DNA of 64,000 bases from Gammaproteobacteria bacterium (GTDB lineage Bacteria; Pseudomonadota; Gammaproteobacteria; Eutrophobiales; Eutrophobiaceae), in NCBI GenBank assembly GCA_965116495.1, contig OZ220696.1, forward strand, positions 3,872,001-3,936,000. Direction: 5' to 3'. Both the position numbers and the translations under genes were made by a program. Numbering within the stretch: position 1 is the first letter of the stretch; each line of letters begins with the position of its first letter. Shown here piece after piece: positions 19,337-28,299 of this stretch. The notes below the pieces were generated by a model. The model searched no databases, was not told the DNA's origin, and saw only the letters and a program-made list of their open reading frames with translations.

Positions 19337-20701
19337 TCAGTCCAGCAGGGCCAGCATTTCATTGACATAGGTGTATTTCTCCCGGGGTTTGCCTGCAGGT
19401 TCACCCCGTGTAATCTCGGCAGCATCGATTATTTTCCAGTCTGCGAAGCTGATATGGCGGATATTACTCCGGTCGAGGATTTCGTAACACCCCGCCGCGC
19501 CGCTCTTGTTTGCACCGGTATCCAGGCTGTCAAGGTCATCCATTAACATGCTTATTGTTTCCACGCTGTCTGCCTTGTTGGTACCGATGATGCCGGTAGG
19601 GCCGCGTTTTATCCACCCGGCCGCATACAAGCCGGGTTCCACCGCGCCGTCCTTTGTGACCCTGCCTTTGTCATTCGAAAACACCCCTCGTGATTCGTCA
19701 AACGGTACTCCCGGCATCGGAATGCCGTGGTAACCTATACTGCGAAATACGATTCCCGCGTCAATACTGAACGTCTCACCACTGCCTCTTGCCGACTGCC
19801 GGAATGCCTCCCCTGACAGGGTGTTTTTTTCAATTAGCAGTCGTTCGACCCTGCCGGCGCCGGATATTTCCCTGGGACTCTTGAGGAAAGTAAAGATACA
19901 GCGTCGCTCACCGGCCGCTTCCCGGCCGGCAAAACCGCAGAACAGGTCGTAGATTTTTTTATTGCCGGTATTTGCCAGTTCGGCTTCGCTTTCCGGGTTC
20001 AGCGCCAGTTCACCGGCGTCGATCACCGGGTCGCAGGCAGCCAGTACGCCGAACTCCTTCAATTCCTTGGAGGTGAACTTGGCCTGTGCCGGTCCGCGCC
20101 GGCCGATGACATAGATATTTGTTACTTTGCTCTCGGCCAGGGCATCCAGGGCGTGTCCGGCGATATCCGTGTGCTTCAGTTCATCAACTGTTTTGGCCAG
20201 TATCCGGCTCACGTCGGCGGCGACGTTGCCCTGGCCGATGATGACGGCGGTCTCGTGGGACAGGTCAAACTCCCTGTCGCGGTAATCGGGATGGCCGTTG
20301 TACCAGCCGACAAATTCCGTTGCCGTATAGCTGCCGGGAAGGTCTTCCCCGGGAATGCCGAGACGGCGGTCGGTCTCAGCCCCGCAGGTCAGGATCACCG
20401 CGTGGTGTGTTGCCCGCAGTTCATCTACGCTGATATCGGTGCCTACAACGACGTTCCCGATGTAATTGAACTGTTCCGCTTCGGCGATCCTGGCATAGAC
20501 CTTGATAGCCTGTTTCAGTTTCGGGTGATCCGGCGCAACGCCGCTTCTCACCAGGCCATACGGTACCGGCAAGCGTTCGAACATGTTGATCCTGACTTCG
20601 AGGTTCGCTTTGAAGAGCGCGTCAACAGCGTAGAATCCGCTGGGACCGCTACCGACTACGGCAACGATCAAGGGGTTATCCTGGGTTCCTAATCGACTCA
20701 T
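19337..20701 (-). CDS. Ferredoxin-NADP+ reductase, adrenodoxin-reductase/FprA type
   Basis: VGSGPSG.Y, PYGLVR.GVAPDH, FVGWYNGHP, IGQGNVA.D, RRGP.QA.F, GWIKRGPTG.IGTN, GKPREK. Confidence 0.92.
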   Translation of the reverse strand: MSRLGTQDNPLIVAVVGSGPSGFYAVDALFKANLEVRINMFERLPVPYGLVRSGVAPDHPKLKQAIKVYARIAEAEQFNYIGNVVVGTDISVDELRATHHAVILTCGAETDRRLGIPGEDLPGSYTATEFVGWYNGHPDYRDREFDLSHETAVIIGQGNVAADVSRILAKTVDELKHTDIAGHALDALAESKVTNIYVIGRRGPAQAKFTSKELKEFGVLAACDPVIDAGELALNPESEAELANTGNKKIYDLFCGFAGREAAGERRCIFTFLKSPREISGAGRVERLLIEKNTLSGEAFRQSARGSGETFSIDAGIVFRSIGYHGIPMPGVPFDESRGVFSNDKGRVTKDGAVEPGLYAAGWIKRGPTGIIGTNKADSVETISMLMDDLDSLDTGANKSGAAGCYEILDRSNIRHISFADWKIIDAAEITRGEPAGKPREKYTYVNEMLALLD

Positions 20702-20879
20702 GATTTACACAATAATATTCAGCCTGGATGTTCACATCCACTGACGTAATATCCGGGTTGGAAGAGAAACGTATCCCGAACACCCGACGCCGCGCCGAAC
20801 GGGTTTGTCCGGGGATGAACTGGGGAACCTGTTAAGCCAGGGGTTCCCTGAATTTGCAGAATACCTGCCAGCCGGAGTA

Positions 20880-21198
20880 CTAGCCCGGATTTCTCACCAG
20901 GTCGCTTGTTGCTATCTGAAACATATTTGCTATCAATAATTTATGGTAATAGTTTTACTATTCTGTCATTACAGACTGCGCTTGATGCGCCCTCGCTTGT
21001 CTTTTGTCCGCCAGCGGGCACGTGCTTCCTCAACCATAGCTACGGCTATGCTTTCGGTCGCAGGCGCCCGCTGGCGGGACAAATCTGCCAGGAGCAGATT
21101 TGGACGTCCGCAGGACGCCCGCAGGGTGTGCGCCACGGAAGGCGCACATCTAAAATCCGGCGCGATCATCGCATCACCTGGTGAGAAATCCGGGCTAG
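20880..21198 (+). mobile_element. MITE family A, copy 1 (carries nested 76-bp module)
   Basis: CTAG flanks, perfect 19-bp TIR CCCGGATTTCTCACCAGGT; body homologous to 26849-27097; no transposase. Confidence 0.85.
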
Positions 21199-21500
21199 AA
21201 ACCCAGGGCGGCTTTCCTTTCGTCCGCGCCGGGTAACGGATCCATGGTATCGGTGATGACCGGCAGCTCCTTGGATTTTTCCGCGTTGATTTCAATCCAC
21301 TCGTACTTGTCCTCGGGCAGGTCATCTTCCTCGTAGATTGCCTCGACCGGACATTCCGGCAGGCACGCACTGCAATCGATACAGACCTCCGGGTCGATAT
21401 ATAACATCTGATCGTCGTAGTGGAAGCATTCTACCGGGCATACCGCGACGCAATCGGTATAGCGACAGTCTTTACAGTTATCAGTTACGATAGTTGTCAT
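21195..21500 (-). CDS. fdxA: 7Fe ([3Fe-4S][4Fe-4S]) ferredoxin, Azotobacter FdI/FdxA type
   Basis: VTDNC..C.YTDCV.VCPV.CF and CIDC.AC.PECP..AI.EEDDLP motifs; AGGAG RBS. Confidence 0.92.
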   Translation of the reverse strand: MTTIVTDNCKDCRYTDCVAVCPVECFHYDDQMLYIDPEVCIDCSACLPECPVEAIYEEDDLPEDKYEWIEINAEKSKELPVITDTMDPLPGADERKAALGF

Positions 21501-21554
21501 GATATTCTCCTAAATAAGCCCATCTGCGATCAGTCTACCCCGGCAGCCGTGGTT

Positions 21555-22364
21555 TTATCCAGCATATAATAATATTTCACCCCGGTTCAATTCAACACTG
21601 TCGCCGCAGTAACGTTTGAATAAACCCTGAAGGTATTCTTCACCTATCGCAAAGACATCCATCAGGTAGATGAGGTAAAGCATCAGGTAACCCGGCCGGT
21701 AAGTGCAAGAATAGCTGAAGGTGGGCAGCAAGTGTGCGCTCTTCAGACTGGCGATGCTGCCCCGTTTCATGCCCGCCCCGGTGCGGATACCCAGTTCTCC
21801 CAGTACAATTATGCTGCCGGAGAGCATATTGACCCCGGTGAAGTCCCCGCTGTTGCCGGCAACGGCGATTAACCCGTTGCGCATTGCATTGCCGGTCTCG
21901 TTACGCACATTGCCGTGAATGATGATTTCCCCGCCTGTCATGCCCATGGTTGCACCCCGGTAGGCGCTCCCTACCATGTGGCCTGCATTGCCGCGAATTT
22001 CAATTCTGCCGCCGGACATCTCCGGCCCAACCCAGTCGGCGGCATTGCCGTTAACCCGTATTTCACCCCCGCTCATGGCGGCCCCAAGGTGTTCGCCGAC
22101 GTCACCTTCCACCTGGATGGTCCCCCGTGACATCCCGGCGCCGATGAGTTTTACCCGCCCCAGGTGGTCTCCCTGCACGTTGATGACCCCGTCGGATTGG
22201 CCTGTCACGCTGAAGAAGTCACCGATATAACGGGGTTCACTGCCATGCATGACGGTCAGTTTTTCCACGCTCGCCGGGGTCTGGCCGGTGAGGCGGGCAG
22301 GGGTAATGTTGTCCGCCTCAAGGGGAACGTCCGGTGTCGCGATTTGTTTCAGCGAAAAAGGCAT
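21555..22364 (-). CDS. fwdC: Formylmethanofuran dehydrogenase subunit C (second paralog)
   Basis: PLEADNITP, G.HLGA.MSGG, GSAYRG...GMTGG, LLPTF, GD......GEI. Confidence 0.9.
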   Translation of the reverse strand: MPFSLKQIATPDVPLEADNITPARLTGQTPASVEKLTVMHGSEPRYIGDFFSVTGQSDGVINVQGDHLGRVKLIGAGMSRGTIQVEGDVGEHLGAAMSGGEIRVNGNAADWVGPEMSGGRIEIRGNAGHMVGSAYRGATMGMTGGEIIIHGNVRNETGNAMRNGLIAVAGNSGDFTGVNMLSGSIIVLGELGIRTGAGMKRGSIASLKSAHLLPTFSYSCTYRPGYLMLYLIYLMDVFAIGEEYLQGLFKRYCGDSVELNRGEILLYAG

Positions 22365-22378
22365 CTCAGGAACCTACC

Positions 22379-22403
22379 GGGGACAGATTTCAAACCTGTC
22401 CCC
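22379..22403. repeat. GGGGACAG REP-like palindrome
   Basis: GGGGACAG-ATTTCAAAC-CTGTCCCC; same arms at 58762-58812. Confidence 0.7.
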
Positions 22404-22440
22404 TGTCTGCAAAAATAGTTCATCCGGCGATACACAGCGG

Positions 22441-23331
22441 TCAGGCCACCAGTTCATGCAGGTTAATCTTGTACTGGCCGAGGTTGCCGCCGTAGTTTCC
22501 GGCAGTGATCTGCCTGATCCCCGGTTTTGCCGCAGCCCGGATGCCCGCAGCCATGGCCTCCCTCACCGCGCGCTCTGTCAGGCCGTCAATCACGATTTCC
22601 AGGGCGCAGTTGACATCTGCCGGGAGGCTGCTGTCGGTTACCGCTTTCAGCGTTGGACAGTAGGCATCATTGGTGGACGCGGGCAGGGTTTTGTAACGTG
22701 AACCCACTTTGCTGCCGCTGCGCACGACACCATCGGGAAAGGGCAGGATAATATCCTTTACCGCAGCCATGGCCCGGGTGGCCGCGCCGGCTGCAGCCAG
22801 GGCTTTTTTCTCATCGGTCCCCAGTATGATGATATTCCCTCCGCCTACGGATTTCTGTACGGCAAACGATTCTTCCACGGTAAATTCACCATCCATGACC
22901 GGGATACGCCAGAACCGCCGCTGCGCCAGTTTCTTGCTGCCCTGGAAGCCATCGCCGAAATAACGCAGTTGCGAACCGACCTGGACAACCTCTTCACCAT
23001 CCAGGCCGTTGAAACAAGCCGTAGTCGGGCAGGTCATCACACACTGGCCGATGCGTTCAAGCAGGCGCTTGCCTACCGACGCCTTGTCCATGGCGAATAA
23101 CAGGATGCTGACGCCCGGCCGGCGGTCCGGGGTCTGATCGGGTGGCAGGATGCTCTCTATACCGGCCTCACATTTACAGCCGATCACCGAGGTGGCAAAC
23201 CCGGTCATCGATTGTGCCGCGGCCAGGCTCCAGCGTTTGGTCGCCGCGGTAACAATCACCCGCGCTCCCCACATGCTGAAGGCTTCGGCAAAGGTTCCGA
23301 CAATTTCCGTTGACCTGAGCTTCATCATCAC
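22441..23331 (-). CDS. ftr: Formylmethanofuran:H4MPT formyltransferase (second paralog)
   Basis: TFAEAF, TGFATSVIGC.CEAG, TPD.RPG, RIGQCV.TCPTTACF, LRYFGDG, AGNYGG.LG. Confidence 0.93.
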   Translation of the reverse strand: MMMKLRSTEIVGTFAEAFSMWGARVIVTAATKRWSLAAAQSMTGFATSVIGCKCEAGIESILPPDQTPDRRPGVSILLFAMDKASVGKRLLERIGQCVMTCPTTACFNGLDGEEVVQVGSQLRYFGDGFQGSKKLAQRRFWRIPVMDGEFTVEESFAVQKSVGGGNIIILGTDEKKALAAAGAATRAMAAVKDIILPFPDGVVRSGSKVGSRYKTLPASTNDAYCPTLKAVTDSSLPADVNCALEIVIDGLTERAVREAMAAGIRAAAKPGIRQITAGNYGGNLGQYKINLHELVA

Positions 23332-24965
23332 ACCGTTGCGATCACTTCATGGTCATGCAGGTAACTGTCATTGACCGCATAATTCGCAAATTCGATGGAA
23401 TAATAGCTCTCAAAAAACGGCCTGACCTCGGCGACGATGGATTCGTCGTATGCGGGTTCCGTATGCAGGAATTTCCCGTAGAAATCCCGGCAGAACTCGT
23501 GGTTGTCGATAATGACGTTACCTGATTTAATCACGTAACGGGGCGCGTTGAACATGGCCTCCTTGTCGTCCATCTCATCGTAGATGGTGATATCCGCGTC
23601 CGCGCCCGCGCCCAGGTGCCCCTTGTTTTTCAGGTTCAGTGCCCGGGCCGGGCCGGCGCGGGTGATGATTGCTATCTCATTGAGTGTATATTCGCGGTCC
23701 AGTTCATTCAGTATCGTACCGTTGATGGCCTTCTGGTTGACGCGCTTGATTTCCTCCTTGCGGAATTCCTTGTCCATCAGCAGGCGGATCAGCTTGGGGT
23801 AGCTCATAAAGGAGCCGCCATTCGGATGGTCGGTGGACAGGACGATACGCCAGGGGTCCCTGGACAGCAGGAACAGTTCCAGGCCGATAGCCCATTGCAG
23901 GGCATGGACATAGACATGCTCCTGGTAGCTGAACGGAACGATACCGCAACCGCTCTCGCATTCCGTATCGGCGTTGACCCATTTCGCTTTTTTAAAACCC
24001 CTGAGCATGTAGGCCAGCGGTGCGTCCGCGGTCATGATCGTGGATTTGCCGAACATGACCTGGCCGACGTCGCAGGTGATATTGGGGTGGTCGTTAACGT
24101 ACTCGGCGATCTGCCGGGACGCGGATTTGGGGTTCTTGCCGAGCTCTCCCGCGTAGCTGTGGAATTGGATGTGGGCCAGGTGCGCGCGTCTGTCGCCCGC
24201 CGTTTTCATGGTCTCCAGGGTGGTCTCGAAGTTGCCGCTATGGCCCAGGTTGTTGCAGTGAATATGGGGCGGATGCGGTAGACCCAGTTCATTGACCGTT
24301 TCAATAAAAGAATCGATTACCTGCCGGGGTGAGACCTCTATAAACTCACTTTTTTCATCAATATCCTTGACGTTTGAATTCTTTTTGCCCTTCCAGGGTT
24401 CATCTCCGCCCGGGTTCACCAGCTTGGTCGTGTAGGCCTTGGTCGCGTTAATCCACCAGGCTACCGCATGGCGAAACTCTTCCTTGCGGCCGGCCTTGAT
24501 CAACTGCTGTAAGAAAATATTATTACCCAGGAGTACGTAAAATCCTTTATCAATAACCGGCGTATCGTGAAACTCTTCAATGGTATGCCGGGCGCCGATA
24601 GGTGTGACGGCCGCTTCCATGGCGGTGGTGTAGCCCAGGGTGGCATAACGGTACCCTGTTGCAAAGGTGGAAGGAACGGTACCGCCGGCGCCGGACCGGG
24701 TGTGTTCCGTGGCAGGGTGGGGATCGCGGCGATGGTCTTCAGGCTGCAGTTTCCTGGCCAGGTTTACCTTGGGGCCGGCTATATGGCAGTGGATATCCAC
24801 GCCGCCGGGCATCACTACCATGCCGCTGACGTCTATCCTTCGGGGCGTGGAGGAAGGCGTCTCGACCATGCGCCCCTGTTCCAGGTAAAGGTCTTTTATT
24901 GCCCCGTCGATGCCGTTGGCCGGGTCATGAACCTTGCCCCCTGCAAGTTGAATGCATTCCGTCAT
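23328..24965 (-). CDS. fwdA: Formylmethanofuran dehydrogenase subunit A (second amidohydrolase paralog)
   Basis: DIHCHIAG.KVN, KLVNPGG, H.HCNNLG, HIQFHSY, STDHPNGG metal ligands. Confidence 0.93.
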   Translation of the reverse strand: MTECIQLAGGKVHDPANGIDGAIKDLYLEQGRMVETPSSTPRRIDVSGMVVMPGGVDIHCHIAGPKVNLARKLQPEDHRRDPHPATEHTRSGAGGTVPSTFATGYRYATLGYTTAMEAAVTPIGARHTIEEFHDTPVIDKGFYVLLGNNIFLQQLIKAGRKEEFRHAVAWWINATKAYTTKLVNPGGDEPWKGKKNSNVKDIDEKSEFIEVSPRQVIDSFIETVNELGLPHPPHIHCNNLGHSGNFETTLETMKTAGDRRAHLAHIQFHSYAGELGKNPKSASRQIAEYVNDHPNITCDVGQVMFGKSTIMTADAPLAYMLRGFKKAKWVNADTECESGCGIVPFSYQEHVYVHALQWAIGLELFLLSRDPWRIVLSTDHPNGGSFMSYPKLIRLLMDKEFRKEEIKRVNQKAINGTILNELDREYTLNEIAIITRAGPARALNLKNKGHLGAGADADITIYDEMDDKEAMFNAPRYVIKSGNVIIDNHEFCRDFYGKFLHTEPAYDESIVAEVRPFFESYYSIEFANYAVNDSYLHDHEVIATV

Positions 24966-24971
24966 ATTGGC

Positions 24972-26336
24972 TTACTGCATGGGTGCTGCGGCTTTGCTCT
25001 CTCCGCTTGCTCCTCTGGCCTGGCCTTTCGCCAGAACCAGTTCGCGCACACGCTTTTTGACTGCGGTAAGAATTTCCTCATCGTTCGGAAAAGGTGAATC
25101 AAAGGCCTTGCGCAAGGTGATAGGCACGTCGTCCATGCGGTATACGGTACCGGCCGTATTGATGCCGTAGGTAGAGGTCCGAAAAGCAACGTGCGCCAGC
25201 TTGCTGGTGAGAGTCGCCTTGGTATCCAGGCATATCACCGGAATTCTGGACAGGTGGTCAATAGCCGCCTGGGGAAAATTGGACGCAGGGTCGGTGGCAA
25301 CAATCAAAGCGGCGTCGACATCTTGCTTGGCCAGTAAATCGACGGTGGTGAACTCGCCCGGGTTGAAACGGGGGAACCCCCGGCTGAAATTAACACCGAA
25401 GGGATAGCCGGTCTGCCAGGACATGACGTTATCTGCGCCGGTTACGTTGCCATGGCCGCGCACAGGCTTGGCAACGAAATGGGTATATTCATTCAGGTCC
25501 GTAGCCAGGGCCAGCAGCGCGCCTGAATTAAAGTGCCGGCCGCGGGTCATGGTCAGGCCCATGCCGAAAAACAACACGCCGTAGCGGCAGTTTTTCATCC
25601 TGTCGACCAGTTCCTGCAGGGTTTCCAGGCTGATTCCGGTAATCTCCTCGATTTCCGGGTCGATTTTGCGGTTTTTCACCAATGCCCTCAGGGCCCATAA
25701 CAACTCGAAGTCTTTTCCGGGTTTTACCTGGATGAACTGGTGAGCTGCCGGCGCGCTGGGTGTCCTGCGTACGTCGACCATGACCACGTGACGGTCCTTT
25801 TTGCCGCGCGGCGTAAACATCCCTTTGGCGGTGACGGCATAACGGCCGAAATGGCGCGGGTGGGACTCCGCAGGATTGCCGCCCCAGTAAATGACCAGGT
25901 CGGCGCGGTTTTTTACCTCGCCCAGGGTCATGGTGCTTTCACCGACGCCCTGCAAGGCAATGCCGGAAGGCCCGTGGCAGACTGAAGTTGTGGTGTCGAT
26001 GTTGCCCTTGATGGTATCGGTAATGGCCACGGCTTGTTTCTGCGCCTCACAGGTCGTATCGCTGAGACCGTAAGTGATGGGGAACCTGGCGTTAACCAGG
26101 GTCCTGGCGGCTTCTTCCACTGCCTCGTCAATGGAGACGGGCCGATTATCTATCATGGCGGCAGGAGCGTCTTCCTCGATATAGTGCTCCGCAAACCAGG
26201 CTTTGCCGAGTATGCAGGCGTTCTTTGACTTGGTAATCCGTTTTTCGTCCAGGTCCACCGTCAGGATCATGTCATCACAGACACAACCACAGAAGGTACA
26301 GGTGGCATTTTCTACAACTTTGACGTTTTCACTCAT
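24972..26336 (-). CDS. fwdB: Formylmethanofuran dehydrogenase subunit B with intact Mo/W-pterin catalytic motifs
   Basis: Start MSENVKV (GGGGAGA RBS); CTFCGCVCDD...C [4Fe-4S] motif; SVCHGP (metal Cys + His); TLGEVKNRAD; WG.NP..HPRH; RGH.NV.G; GT.YRMD.VP. Confidence 0.92.
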   Translation of the reverse strand: MSENVKVVENATCTFCGCVCDDMILTVDLDEKRITKSKNACILGKAWFAEHYIEEDAPAAMIDNRPVSIDEAVEEAARTLVNARFPITYGLSDTTCEAQKQAVAITDTIKGNIDTTTSVCHGPSGIALQGVGESTMTLGEVKNRADLVIYWGGNPAESHPRHFGRYAVTAKGMFTPRGKKDRHVVMVDVRRTPSAPAAHQFIQVKPGKDFELLWALRALVKNRKIDPEIEEITGISLETLQELVDRMKNCRYGVLFFGMGLTMTRGRHFNSGALLALATDLNEYTHFVAKPVRGHGNVTGADNVMSWQTGYPFGVNFSRGFPRFNPGEFTTVDLLAKQDVDAALIVATDPASNFPQAAIDHLSRIPVICLDTKATLTSKLAHVAFRTSTYGINTAGTVYRMDDVPITLRKAFDSPFPNDEEILTAVKKRVRELVLAKGQARGASGESKAAAPMQ

Positions 26337-26368
26337 GATTTCTCCCCACGGAATCGCGGCAAGCCATT

Positions 26369-26713
26369 TTAACTGATTTTTTCCACCTGGACAGAAATAT
26401 GTTTTGACAGGGGCATTCCGCTGCCGGCTGTGTCGCTTTCCATCAGGCGGCTCGACACAGGCCCGTAAGCTATGAACATCATGCCTTCCGGCAGGTCGGT
26501 GGCTTTTTTGGAAACGCAGGTAACAACGACCTCCCCGATATGATTTTTCAAGCACAGCTTATCACCGTTGTCGAAACCGAGCCGGGCCATATCATCCGCA
26601 TTTATTTCGACGGTGGATGTGACGTCCCGGTACTCATCGCCGAGCTTCCCCTTGTTAAGGGAAGTCCCCTGTTTACTGGATCGTCCCGGGATTAACAACA
26701 TGGTTACAGGCAT
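26369..26713 (-). CDS. fwdD: Formylmethanofuran dehydrogenase subunit D (molybdopterin dinucleotide-binding)
   Basis: LI.GRS.KQG, D..LG, P.G..FI.YGP, T.G.GMP..K...V.V; first gene of the run, directly before fwdB. Confidence 0.88.
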   Translation of the reverse strand: MPVTMLLIPGRSSKQGTSLNKGKLGDEYRDVTSTVEINADDMARLGFDNGDKLCLKNHIGEVVVTCVSKKATDLPEGMMFIAYGPVSSRLMESDTAGSGMPLSKHISVQVEKIS

Positions 26714-26848
26714 ATATCAGCTCCGTTAAAGTACTGTCTGGATAGGTGAAATGTATCGGGAAATATGCCGGCGCCATAATCCACAGCTTCCAGATAATTA
26801 ATACCATTTTCATAGGGAATCGTCAAATCATCCTGGGGAAGCTGCCAC

Positions 26849-27097
26849 TTAACCCGCATATCTCACCAATGGATGCGATGATCGCTGAGGATTTTTGCTG
26901 CCAGCGGGCGCCTGTGACCGAAAGCATAGCGGTAGCTATGGTTGAGTGAACACGTGCTCGCTGGCAGCAAAAAGACCAGCGAGGGCGCATCCAGCGCAGG
27001 GTGTGATGGCGACAAGGCCAGAATTGGATATGTAACCATTTGACGATACATAAGTTTCAGTCTTCCTCCAAGCGAATTGGTGAGATATGTGGGTCAA
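26849..27097 (-). mobile_element. MITE family A, copy 2
   Basis: TTAA/TCAA flanks; TIR CCCGCATATCTCACCAAT / ATTGGTGAGATATGTGGG; body homologous to 20880-21198 in the opposite orientation. Confidence 0.82.
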
Positions 27098-27189
27098 GTC
27101 AGAGTTTTCTTAGAATTCATGGATGTCCCAAATTAGAATACTTGGAATTTATGGATATCCCGAATTAGAATATCCCCGTGGTTTTGAAG

Positions 27190-28206
27190 ATGAAGACACG
27201 AGAAGACATCGCTGCTGCTGAAACTGTGAGGGTTGCCGCGGCAGCCCGCCTGCACCTGGGCTTCCTGGATTTGAACGGTGGCTTGCACAGGCGCTACGGC
27301 AGTATCGGGGTCGGGATAACGGGTTTTTCCACGGTGGTGAGTGTCTGCCATAGCGACCGGGTTGATATCGAGGGAGCGGATGATGAATATATCGCCCGGA
27401 TAACGGAAACCGTCCTGGATTATTTCCGCCTGAATTCCGGGGTCAGGGTTAAAGTTGAAGAATATATTCCCCGGCACCAGGGTCTGGGTTCCGGCACACA
27501 GATGGCCCTGGCATTGGGCGCTGCCATCACCGGCCTGTACGGTATCGACACCACGGTTGACGAACTTGCGCTTGCAACAGGAAGAGGAGCGCGTTCCGGG
27601 GTAGGGCTGGGGGTGTTCAAGGAGGGTGGTTTCATTCTTGACAGCGGCAAGACCGGAGGACACGGGTTGCCGACGCTGATATTCCGCCACGACCTTCCTG
27701 AAGAATGGCAGTTCGTCCTGGTGATGGATGAACGGGCCAAAGGGATAAACGGGATGGAAGAAATCGAAGCGTTCAATTCATTGCCGGATATGTCCCCCGA
27801 GGCCAGCGCGGAGATTTGCCAACAGGTATTGATGCGGATGCTGCCGAGTATTATAGAAAAAGATTGCGGGCAATTCGGTGCATCCGTCAGCAGGATACAG
27901 GCGCGCATCGGCGACTATTTCAGCGCTGCCCAGGGAGGTATGTTTGCCAGTGACAATGTAAGACGGACGCTTGAATTCCTGTTGGAAAACAAGGCAACAG
28001 GTATCGGCCAGACATCCTGGGGGCCGACCGGGTTTGCTGTATTCCCGGATAAAAAATCGGCAATGCAGGCCGTAGACAATTTAATCGGGAGGGATATGCA
28101 GGTAAGCCTGCGGTTTGCCGGGGCGGAAAACAACAAGGCCCAAGTCAACAGACTGGTGACGGCGGAGGCAGGACTGAAATCAGACCCCGCAACCCTGTTA
28201 CGGTAA
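27190..28206 (+). CDS. mptG: beta-ribofuranosylaminobenzene-5'-phosphate synthase (H4MPT biosynthesis, Orf4)
   Basis: ARLHLGFLDL, P.H.GLGSGTQ (GHMP), R.ARSG.G...F..GGF..D.G, GQ.SWGPTG. Confidence 0.9.
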   Translation: MKTREDIAAAETVRVAAAARLHLGFLDLNGGLHRRYGSIGVGITGFSTVVSVCHSDRVDIEGADDEYIARITETVLDYFRLNSGVRVKVEEYIPRHQGLGSGTQMALALGAAITGLYGIDTTVDELALATGRGARSGVGLGVFKEGGFILDSGKTGGHGLPTLIFRHDLPEEWQFVLVMDERAKGINGMEEIEAFNSLPDMSPEASAEICQQVLMRMLPSIIEKDCGQFGASVSRIQARIGDYFSAAQGGMFASDNVRRTLEFLLENKATGIGQTSWGPTGFAVFPDKKSAMQAVDNLIGRDMQVSLRFAGAENNKAQVNRLVTAEAGLKSDPATLLR

Positions 28207-28270
28207 ACTGCTATAAACATCAGTAATTCCCTCATCCGGCATAATCAGCGGGGGCCCCTGTATAAACATT

Positions 28271-28299
28271 TGGACATTTGCCGGGCAGTGTTTTACAAT
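28271..28299 (+). promoter_or_regulatory. Possible sigma70 promoter upstream of mch
   Basis: TGGACA-N17-TACAAT. Confidence 0.35.

Noticed and set aside
20906-21370. Short ORFs here and at 26746-27051 with mutual similarity (ALDAPSLVF...)
   Set aside because: The similarity comes from the shared MITE sequence; there are no transposase motifs
24972-26336. Selenocysteine-containing FwdB
   Set aside because: The metal-ligand codon in SVCHGP is TGC (Cys) and there is no in-frame TGA
14560-26336. The two fhc/fwd sets as a recent duplication or assembly artefact
   Set aside because: The paralogs are strongly diverged in protein sequence and differ in catalytic motifs and partner genes
26337-26555. 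N-terminal extension of fwdB or an fwdD-fwdB fusion
   Set aside because: The extension overlaps fwdD out of frame; fwdB has its own RBS and ATG at 26336 and fwdD has its own stop
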